Origin: Ophelia neglecta
Taxonomy: Eukaryota
Length of the DNA stretch: 64,000 bases
Assembly (NCBI GenBank): GCA_965285935.1
Contig: OZ260663.1
Coordinates: forward strand, 111,600,001 to 111,664,000
Reading direction: 5' to 3'
Made by a program: the position numbers and the translations under genes. The notes beneath the pieces were generated by a model. It ran no database searches. It was given only the letters and a program-made list of their open reading frames with translations, and was not told where the DNA came from. Of the stretch, positions 50,401-61,786 are shown in pieces (the stretch's first letter is position 1; every line of letters starts with the position of its first letter).

Positions 50401-53400
50401 ATGAGCCTGGCATAAACCGATTTTAATCGACAATCAAACATGTAGATTTCAAGCGGAGAGTGACTTATGCGGGGTGCTGTGTTGTACCTGAGGTCTATGA
50501 TATATTTTGGACCGTTTTAAATGTTTCTTTTGTTCAGTGAATTGGCATTGTTGATCAGGGAAACATCCCCTTTTGTAAGCAAACAGCTATTGTAGGTATC
50601 AAAAACTAATTGTTCGAAGAATGCACACATACAAACACAAGAGTAGGAAAGGGACACCATTCAGAAAAATGAGCTCCCCAGTAAGCAAGTCATGGAGCCA
50701 TTTGGTTCTAACCCCCCGTCTAACACTTGCCCCGTATCTCACTCAGTGAAGGCTTTGTGTGAGGCAGTGTCTGTGACATACTTCCCCAGGAGGACAGTAG
50801 CTACAAATAACCAAGCGCACGACATCCTAACATTAGTCCTCATGGCTTCATTGGAGGTCAATACACTACTGAAACCAATTGACATCCGGGTCATTTTTCG
50901 GAATGTGGTGTGTATCATGAATATTTCCAACATTTCTGTATACATTGGATTTACAATGTTTTTTTTTACCAATCTTATTTACCATTACTGGTATCCATTT
51001 CGTTCAATAAATATGACTGTATTTCAGTCGTGTTTATCTTCTCCAAATGCCAAAAGACGCACGCTAATTTCTAATTAAACCATTATCGCCACCTTCCGAG
51101 GTGGTGAACATAGTTCCGTAGACTGATATCGGTCAAATGGTCAGCGTAATGATTCAAAGTAAAGAGGCTACAGCCGCCTTATATATGCTTCTATTCCTGG
51201 CGGACATGGCAAATTTATCAATCAAATATTTTCTTCTACATCGGTTTTGAATCACCTGGAAAGGAATGAACAAAGAACAATGCTCCTATAGTTTCCAATA
51301 TACTTGAATGGCCTGTCTAAAAAATATTGGACTTTCATTGTTTTGGCATTTTAGAACGCTTTTAAAATATCTTCTTTTTTATATCGTTTAAGGTGATGGT
51401 CAATTTATAATTTAGGATTTCCAGTGCTAATTATACAGTGACTTTAAGGTGTTTTTCTATATAATTCCAAATTTGCAGTTGCAGTGATTATACTTGACCT
51501 GCGAGCATGGTTGCAAGAATCTCTGCATTAGATTTTATGACCTTGGTTAACTCGATGACGTTCTTCTGTAAGGCTTATTCAACTGAGTAGCTTTCAGACG
51601 CACTTTTTGTGGTCATTCTTTTCGTATACATAACGATATTAAAGGAAAAAACTCAGACGGGCAAATCAGCGTTCATGCAGATCAATGAATTATGCTAAAT
51701 ATTGCATTTAAATGTATTTAAATGTATTTAAATGACCTGAACCTCTTCTCTATACTCTCCTTTTATCGCAGACTAGTCCATTCTTCGTCGCATGCAGAAT
51801 ATCGCTCTATCAATGCGTATCGCACAATGGAAAACGTTAAACACCCGTAATCACGTTTATTAGAAAGCTTTACTGTGGTGAAATGTTTAATTTAATGTTT
51901 TTTTTTTACAATGCTTCAATTCTGTCTTCTTATTAAACACGTGAGAGCCGTTTGACTTGTACGTTTAGGGCTGCGAGCAACTGTTTGGAGACATCTATTT
52001 GAGAGTCTGAATCTCAGAATGCTAACACCAGTTAACATTATTTTATTTTAGTTTCTTATTAAACGCCGAGTTACGGGAGTTATGTGGTGCCGGAGATTTT
52101 GAATTTTGATATCTGCATTTCAACTAAATTAGGCACCAAGTGGGTGGGTGTCTAGGACTGGGGTTAATTTTCGAATCAGTGGTAGGGATAAGGATATTCA
52201 AATCTATCGTTGGGCACTTTTACCTCAGACATCGTCTCCGCAAATCAACTCTTCATAATAACTATAACACATATCCCTGCATTTACCCATAAAGCGACAC
52301 ATTAACCGCTTCGTGGTTCCTTTCGTTTTATCGTATCATTACCATGTACCTCTTTGCCCATTATGGTTTTAAACATTGGATTGGAAACAATTTTCGCCTT
52401 TCATGATTTTGTAGTTACTGTGATAAAAAACAGCTATTCATGTGCCATCCATATTATCTTCAATCACATTTAATTTAATTTATTCCGTGGTGCTTCTGGA
52501 CCTTTGTAATTTGCATGTTCTGTGATGTGTTGGTAGCTAATTGTGTGTGGAGGTAGTTATGAATTTTGATGATGTACGAATGCAGGTCCCAAATGTAAAG
52601 AAATGTTCGTGTTTTCTATTTATGGTTTTAATGTAAATTTAATCGGCTATCCTGAATAAAGATATTTAATTACTATTATAGTGATCAAATTTATGTTGGA
52701 GTGGATAGCCATCAGACAAAGAAAAACCGTTAATCAAGAATAGTCCATGAAATCGTCCAGACGTCATAAGGAATCGATAGCAACAGTACCCCCCACTCAC
52801 TAATCCTGAGCTCTTTAACTAGAAATAAGCCTGTAAATGAGCAACTATACTATACTTGGTCTTTCCTGTAAACCCCATGTGAAGGTTATTTCTACTAAGA
52901 ATTACACAGGCCTTGTGTAGGCACACTTCTAGTTTCTCGGGACAACAGTCAGAAATCAATATACCGAGGCGAGAAGTGCGCTTAGTAATATAAAGGCGGT
53001 GAATAGGCCGCCATTTATCAGAAAGGCCGTTTGTCTAAGCATGATTGCCATTTAGAGAACACTGCAGAAAATTATTCACGTATGGAAATACGCCATTGAT
53101 CCCAATTTGTTCTTTGTCTATCATCGTTGTGGTATCAGATATGTTATTATACTATGCTATAGTCAGGTTTTCTTCTTTTAAGGAGGTAGGACAAGTTAAA
53201 AGTCCATCATCAAATCGCTGCAAACGCATGTTTCAGACTTAGTTTCTAGGGCTCGTTGATATTTGGTATCCAAAGGAGATGAATGTCTCCAAAAACAGTA
53301 GGGGCCAAGTGGTCCAATCGCATAGAAGCCTGCACATAGAGGAAATTGGGGATCAATACAAGTTTACATAAAACGTATTTTCATACGCACAGTCATCCCA

Positions 53401-56400
53401 AATCTCCAGCTTTCCAAAGTCCATGATGCTTGATGTATTTGCAAGTTGCCCGTTAAAGCCAATTCGTCCTGAAAGTGTGCTGCCAACTGATGGTTAACAG
53501 CAACGTGGTATGTATTATTTTCTTCAATAAACTCTATTTTATTTTCTTATGTCACATAATGTAACGACATATTTTAATTACAAGAAAATAACACCCGGAG
53601 TACCACTGACTACTAACAATTTAGAATAGGATCGAGACAAAACATACGTAGGGCAGCCATTTTTCTGGATTAACTACCATGAGGGGAGCAGTTATGTATA
53701 ATTGGCAGCTACTTGTAATTGATGTGTAGGCGGTGCTGTGACACGCTGTGGATATGGTTGAGGCGCGGGTTAGGGTCTTTTTAGTGAAGCAGTGACTAGA
53801 ACTATAACTCTCAATTTTAAGTCGTATTTTATAAGAACCGAAATAATTTGTGACTTTGTGATACTTGTCTTCATAGGAAATGAATTAGGGATACTACCAG
53901 TGATACTTAAGAATACCATATTTTCGTGTATGTCTTATGAATTTTGCTTTGCTCGATAGTGTCCATTACATCACTAGCTATCTGTAAACCAGCAGGCGTT
54001 CAACCCTGAGTTCCCAGGGCTTGAGTGCAAAGCGCTATGTATATCCATATCAGGTATCTTTTTCTCTATGGCTCATGTAATAGGCTTGTATGTAGTGTCC
54101 CTTACACCGCTAGCGATGTTTAAACAACCAACTTCGGATGCCATTGGAGGTCAGAAGGGTATCGATCCTCACATAAACAAATCAGAATACCATTAGAAAG
54201 TCATGAAGACGATTAATGTCGAGGCATAGGCCACTGTCTCCATTGACCCGACTAGACTCGTTACGACATCATGCAACGATAAACATCGGATTTGAGCCCC
54301 ATAAAGCCATTTTATATAGATAAGTATAGTGAGGTTTCAGCATTAGAAATTTATTTCCCAGCCCATTTTCTATAAAAAAAAGTTGGTTACGCTTTGCAAA
54401 AATAACATACTAGTATATTATGTTTTGAAGGGACAGATAGCAATCCAATAAATATCATATTTTACCAGCAAGTGTAAGAATAATACGCTAAAAACACTAT
54501 CTAAAAGGAATAAATGAATCACATACATATGGATGTAGTAGCTCACAAAATAGTGAATAGCAAAGCATAGCTTCTCGTTCTTGGTAGTCTTAAATATTGT
54601 AAAAACACACCGAGTTTTCTTCAGATCTCCTGGCTATCTCGGTTCTCATGGCAACAAGTTCATACATAAATACCTTTTCTGGTTCAAGATTTCTGCTTAC
54701 CTCTCAAAGTAAGTAAGTAAGTAAGTAATTCATTTAAAACCACTCTAGTGCTCTCAGAAGGCCCAGGGTGTTTGTACTTCGAGCTATTTTGTCTTAAATA
54801 AAAAAAATGCTACAATCTACTTTCGGGCTATTGCAACAGACAACAATATGTCTCTTTGTGAAGTCATGTCCCGGCGACAGACCACGTGATACCAGCACTA
54901 ACGGCACCATGGTCATCGGCAGCCTGGGCCTAGACAAGACACCACCAACTAAAATAAAACAGAAATGTTGCAGATTTAGACTTCGAGGTGTTGAAGAAAT
55001 TAGTGGCTTCGATTATTAGAATGCAATAAAAATTGCAAAATTGAACAAACGTAACAAACGATTAAGTTCAATTTCAAATTACAATTTTATTCAATGTATT
55101 CGCCACATGAACAAGTTCTGGTGTTCACATTACGTATGAGCTAAGAATAAGATGAAATAAACGCAATGAACATCATAATAACAAATATAATAAGGTAGAA
55201 GTGAAAAGCTTATGGCTTATTTACGCCATGGAATATAACATAACCAAATACATTAATTTGACGCTTCTTATAGAAATATTTATATTTAATTGGTGCATTG
55301 TTGTTTTGTGCAGGAGTATACATACTTGAAATAATTTTGAATGCTAATGGAGAGATAATAATAGGGCCCACACATGCATTTAAAAATAATGAAAAAGTAA
55401 ACAAAATATATAGCGATTACATTATTATGACGGATAAATTAACACATGGTGGCAATACCAAACTTGTGGAGAGGTAGAGTCCTAGTATTGTGTTTAAATT
55501 GATGTATAGACCAATGATATTAGATGATATTAATATGGTTGCCTAAAACCAATGATACTAGGTACGATGGACTTCAATGGCACCTGTTTTTGGGAGGGAG
55601 AGTGTGGCTTATCTGCTTGTCTTGGCTCATGATTATGTACATCAGATATCATTATAAACATAAAAGATATGGCTCTTCGCACCTGACCAGATATGTTACA
55701 ATGGTCATTTAAATGAACACTTTTAATGTTTTGCCTACTCGGACAGCGATATTACAGATAAGTATATCGCACCAGAACTGAAACTTTCTCTTTTGTCTCA
55801 TTTACGTGATAAATACAATTTGCGTGGAATTAGCTCATCAGCCCGCAAGAGACATAATCATCATCATTGGCCAGTTTAACATAAAGTCCTAATTTCACCA
55901 GAGAACGCATGTATCGAATGTAGAGCCTTCTTGTGCATATATAATCCTTGTCCCGCGTAATCCAATTTACCACGAAGGCGTAATGGGTCGCCATTCGCAC
56001 TTACTATATAGGATTTTTTTTTGTGTGAACATTCAGTATCTTCATTCCATCACCAGAATCGTTAATCGAACCTATCAGCCAAACCAAATGATAACTATGC
56101 ACGTTTTATGTCGATTTAGGCATTCGGTTGGAAGTTGGCAATTAGTACTGAAGAGTTTTGTGCAGCTTTTTGATCTTTTGGGGTGAGATACAATTTCCAT
56201 ATTCATTGTGTTTTTCAGATGCAGATCTATATATACAAAATAACAGATTAAACCGTCTGGTCTCGGCATAAAATGTATGTTTTATGTTTTTGGGGAAACA
56301 AGACTATCTGAATGAGTTACTTGATTGCAAGCAAAAGGCCCTCTTATTTCAAAAAAATATATAAAGAGCGGTTCATTGGGTTTCTTGGGGAAGTGATGGA

Positions 56401-56639
56401 GGGGTTGATATTAATCCACGGCTACTTTTATAGTACAAACATCAGTGTCCAGTTCCCTCATTATGACTAAGCCAGTCAAGGAGTATCTGATATAAAATAC
56501 CAAGCATGATATCACCCGCAATGAAAAGTAGCAATATTTATGCACGATATGAGACCTAGCACGAAGCAAAGGGCATCCGGATAGGGTGTTTTTGGTCATT
56601 GAGCTGAGGGCTACTGGGGGGGGGGGGGGGGGTGGTATT

Positions 56640-57430
56640 TGTAGGCCTACGGCTGGCGGTTCTTGAAATGTGGGCCGGTGGCTGACTGTTCCTGGGGCCT
56701 GCGGTTCTAAGGGCCTGCGGTGAAAGGGATTTTTATGGACGTGCGGCTGTCAGTTGCGGAGTTTTGATGTTTGTGGGCCTGCAGCTGACGGATACGGAGG
56801 ATTGGTGTTTGTTGGCTTGAGCTGACGGATACGGAGGGTTGGTGTTTGTTGGCCTGAGGCTGACGGATACGGAGGGTTGACGTTTGTGGGCCTGCAGCTG
56901 ACGGATACAGAGGGTTGGTGTTTGTTGGCCTGAGCTGACGGATACGGAGGGTTGGTGTTTGTTGGCCTGAGGCTGACGGATACGGAGGGTTGATGTTTGT
57001 GGGCCTGCAGCTGACGGATACGGAGGGTTGGTGTTTGTTGGCCTGAGCTGACGGATACGGAGGGTTGGTGTTTATGGGCATGCAGCTGACGGATACGGAG
57101 GGTTTGTGTTTATGGGCCTGAGGCTGAAAAATACGGATTGTTGGTGTTTATGGGCTTGCAGCTGACTGATACGGAGTGTTGCTGTTTGTGGGCCTGCGAA
57201 TAAAAGTTTCCTAGGGATGTTGTTTTGTGGGCTTGCGGCAGAAAGTTTCTGAGGGTTAGTGTTTTGGCGGCCGGGGTTCTTGAGTTCTTGAGGGTTGGTG
57301 TTTATAGGCCTGCAGATGACGGTTCGTGAGTGTTGTCTTTGTGGGGCCGTGGCTGACGATTTCTAAGGATTGTTGTCTGTGGGCCTGTGGTTGATGGTTC
57401 CTTATTGTTGGTGTTTGTGGGCCTGCTTCT
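56640..57430. repeat. Minisatellite, 37/38-bp unit with 113-bp trimeric higher order
   Basis: gctgacggatacggagggttggtgtttgttggcctga. The variant tttgtgggcctgcagc recurs at 56770, 56883 and 56996. Confidence 0.94.
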
Positions 57431-58384
57431 GACGCTTCCTGCTGTGTTTGGACTGGTTTAATCGATAAATCCTGACAGACAATTAGCTTTGTCTGCCGGG
57501 TATTCACGGGTATTCACTGTTGGGGGTTATTGAGACACGTGACTACATTTTCTTTGCAGACATCACAAATAGTCAACAAATACACAGTGGAACATATATT
57601 GCGTAGCTGTTGCATTAAGCTTTTATCGCATTAAATGAAAATTACTGTTCTGCTCGCTTTTTCAAAAGTGTAGTGAGATGTGACCACCTTTCGGGATTTG
57701 GATAACTACAACGACACACTTAGCTGCATGGGTCGATGCACGTCTGTTGACCTTTGTCAGTGTATAACAGCTCGTGGGCGCTTAAAAGCTCTAGAGCCAA
57801 TATTGTAACACGGCTTGAGATAAATGCCTGTTTGTCGACCTAAGGGACAACCTTCTCACGCACGGCACGGACAGGCCGTTCCCCGATATCGGCATTCCAT
57901 GCAGAATCCTCTGAGGTTTTACCATTTCTTTTACTATATGGTCGCAGACAGTTATTTGCCCAGTGCTTTTAAAGGTTGTCGGTGTCCCTGTATCTATTTC
58001 TATGGGGCGAGTCAACTATGGCTATATAAATACCAGGGTAATTTGCAAAGCAAATAGTGATCCGTGTCGTTTTGTCTGGAAACCTCTTTTATTGTAACAA
58101 GTCCAAGCTAGCAAATAAAATATATTGATCCTTGTTTGTGACAGAAGGATATGGCTAAGGCGTATGGTTGTTTGAGAGCACATTTATCACAATGGGTGTG
58201 CCATTGGATGTCCAGTGAGTTTGCGCTGGTGTGAGTGTTAGGGGGAGGGCGGGGGGGGGGGGGGGTGGGTGGTGGAGGACGATGGATTAGTGAATGAATT
58301 TGTGTACTTTGGCTATTGCACACTCTTATCGCTTTTTATCCTAATGGAATATTAGAAAACAATTTTAATAAAGAATAAAACCAA

Positions 58385-59260
58385 ACAGATTGTTTCTAAA
58401 TGTAGATAAAACTAAAGGGTTCAAAAAAGAATGTGTAAATGAACTTAATTTATTGGGACTCAATAATAACAAACATTTGAATTGGAAATCACATGTTAAC
58501 AAAATTGCTAACAAGACTTCCAAATCAATTGGTATGGTTAATAAATTGAGGGATAATGTTCCTATGAAATCCTTGTCACACATACATAATTGCATATTGC
58601 CACACAGAAATTATCGCAAAGTGGCTTGGGGTAATTACATTGATAGGAGCTATAAGCTGCAAAAGAAAGCAGTGGGAATAATCACTCGTTTGCTGACAGA
58701 ATTAAAGCTTCTTAAAACAGAGGATATATATTATTACAATCACTGAAGTATTATAATAAAATTGAAAATTATAATCTTCCTAACTCCTCTTCTCTCAGTT
58801 TAATATTCGCCCTAACATGGAGGTTGATTCTTTCAATACCAGACTAAGAAATGAAATATATTTTCACAGAGTCGCTCAGGTTTTTGCCGAGAAATGTTTA
58901 AAGCAAAATGTTGTAAAATTAGTAAATAAAACACCAGAAATTATAAAAAGTACAATTTGCACACATCATATTTGGTTTCTCATCTTATGTGTAACATTAT
59001 TTTTTGAATTTGTACCAGGAAAAATGCACAATTCCAAATTATTCAAGTTGTCAATGTCCGTAAATTCTAAACATTCTAAAATTTCTTTTTCTTTATCAGT
59101 TCATTTACTAGCCAGAATATTTTCAAATGTGTGGTCAAATATAATGGCCAGTCTGTAATAATAAAATATAGCTACTCCACTTATTCTGTGGCTATTGGCC
59201 CTGTGGTCTATGACCTGGCCTTTTTTGGCTTCACTGCCTTATTAGAACATTTGAGCACCA
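58385..59260 (+). mobile_element. Degenerate LINE 3' fragment
   Basis: LNVDKTK...NLLGL...HLNWKSHVNKIANKTSKSIG...AWG...LQKKAVGIIT, then FNTR after a frameshift. Confidence 0.8.
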
Positions 59261-60619
59261 TTCCTACCATTTATTTGCACAGGGCTCCTCTTTAATTGCG
59301 ACCTCCTGATTGTATAAGTAATTGCTCGTTAATATTAAAAATTATTTATGTCACTACCCGTGAAATTCAAATGTAGTGGATGCTTCAAACGTTTAAGACT
59401 TTGAAAACATTTGGTAAGCTTTATATCATCTAATACATATTATTCACTCATTATTATACAAACAAGACAGGGTGAAATTTTGATAGAGACCTATAAGGTC
59501 TTAATGTAGGCATGGGTCATACTAGTCAACAGATATGTGTGCTGTAATAGAGGATTTTGTGTGTGTGCATTAGACATGGGGTGTGCGTACGCGTGTATCT
59601 GCTGGGGCGCCTGGTTGCGGGTCCGTGCTTTCTCGCCCGAGGCAAGCTTAGTTAAGTCTCGCTGTGACGGGTGTGGTGGGTGCCTCTTCATGCGCATGGG
59701 TGGGGCATTGCTTTATGTTCCAGGCACGTCTATTAGTTATGTTTTTGTATATTTTATTATTGCTGTCCTTTGTAGTTGAACTTGAAACTAGGACCCAATA
59801 AAACAAGTCTGAGTCTGAGTCTAATAGACCTTAAGGCCAATGAGCCTTGCTCAATTTTATAAAAAAAATTGTACCATAGCACATTCTACCTTCTCCGTGC
59901 CTGGCATTATTCATTGACAGAGCAATGACATAATGACCATGACCAATGACTTGGGTCATTAGTAATTCATTAAATTTTAGTAAAAATGGGCCTCAAAAGA
60001 CAGCTCTCTATAGTTATCCCATTATATATCATATTGTTGCATTTTTTAACCGCCTGGCCTTTACTTTCCGCAGCCATGCCTCATAGCTTATGAAATGCTT
60101 GATAATATACAGCACAGAACAAAATATAATACTTTTATGAACCAGGATTTATATACTAGCTGGATTTTTTCCAGGAGAAAGCGATTTGCCAAGCTAGTCT
60201 TGGTATTCATAGAAAAATGCTGACAAGTATTACTCTTTTTTTTTTACTTTGCATTTTTCCTGCTTCAGAGTTTACCCAGCGGGCATTCAAGACTTGAGTG
60301 TGCGCCTCGAGTGTTACAGTGGACAGCAACCTGCATTAAATGCACCGCCGACTAATGTCATTTAGAGAACATTTGCCCAGAACAGTAAGGCTTTAATCGA
60401 TCAACCTCTACATAATAACAATCGATATTGCCCTTATTCTGACTATTTTCGTGCAATCAGGGGGAGGGAATGACGGGGGAGGTTGAGAAACCGGTTTGAG
60501 TTAAGCAGAATGATCGAGTCGATAAGAATTACTATATGCAGATGATCGGCTGCGAAAACCTGCCGGATGACATTAAAATATCTAAATATACCATTAAATC
60601 CTACCGATATTTAAAAATT

Positions 60620-60965
60620 AAAACCCGATACTCTAAAACAGTACATACTAGCGATATTCGGAAAAGAAACTTCAATACCCTAATACATTTCACACTGTAG
60701 ATAGTTCAAAATGAAACTGCAATACTCTAGTACAATACACTAGCGATGGTCAGAACTGAAACTCAAATACTTTATTACAGAACATACTACGGACAGTCAG
60801 AACTGTAACCCCAATCCTCTCATACAATGCAAATTACGGATAGTCAGAACCGGAAATCCAATACTCTAATGCAATACACACTAGGGATAGTCAGAACTGT
60901 ATATGCAATATTCTTATACATAACAAACTACCGATAGTCAGATCAGAAACTCCAATACTCTAATA
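60620..60965. repeat. Degenerate ~47-bp tandem repeat
   Basis: gatagtcagaac...caatactcta recurs at about 60745, 60792, 60838, 60886 and 60933. Confidence 0.75.
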
Positions 60966-61399
60966 TACTTTAGTGCTCGTGAAACATGCGTTTCCTTGTG
61001 ATATTGTTATGGTTGTATGGAATCTAACTGCACACATTGCATTAAACAGCTGGCAGGGTAAATTCTATTACTCACTCTTCTATTGAGTACCGTCATGATG
61101 GATGCGGCCCATTATGTTATAATTGGATTCAGTTTGTTTTATTGAAGAACACGCGCTTTATGTTCGAGTACTTAACAACGCTTTTATGGTAGTTCATAGC
61201 ATAAAAGCCTCTAGAAACCGATAATATGTTTATGGAGGGCTTAAGTCCAATTATTAGGGCAATTAATTCTAATGAGAGTGGCAGCGTAAAAATACAAGGC
61301 AAGCGGTGGCTTGGAAAAACCAGGCCAGACATTATAGTTAACTGTTGTTTTTATTTGAGCAGAGCTCATAAGAGATCGATTGGTTTATACGACACGAGG

Positions 61400-61720
61400 A
61401 CGGCGCAAACAGTCGGCATGGCAGCCTGCATGTACCAGTGGCTCATACACTCCTCAAGGCAGCCTGCATGTACCAGGGGCGCAAACAGTCGGCAAGGCAG
61501 CCTGCATGTACCAGGGGCTCATACAGTCCTCAAGGCAGCCTTCATGTACCAGTGGCTCATACAGTCGGCATGGCAGCCTGCATGTACCAGGGGCTCATAC
61601 AGTCCTCAAGGCAGCCTGCATGTACCAGGGGCTCATACAGTCGGCATGGCAGCCTGCACGTACCAGGGGCTCATACAGTCCTCAAGGCAGCCTGCATGTA
61701 CCAGTGGCGCATACAGTACT
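61400..61720. repeat. Minisatellite, 38-bp unit, alternating dimer (76 bp)
   Basis: cagtc(ggcat/ctcaa)ggcagcctgcatgtaccaggggctcata, about 8 copies with alternating variants. Confidence 0.95.
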
Positions 61721-61786
61721 GCGACACAAGTACAATCTATTTTTACAGGTAAATAATCGCATAATAATTGAGGAAATAAGGAAATA

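Noticed and set aside
60269-60385. Exon-like segment (strong acceptor, gtaagg donor) as a downstream cyclase exon
   Set aside because: Stops in all three frames and no cyclase motif.
20594-61720. 37-38-bp repeats resembling CRISPR repeat length
   Set aside because: Units are head-to-tail with no unique spacers, no cas genes are present, and the context is eukaryotic.
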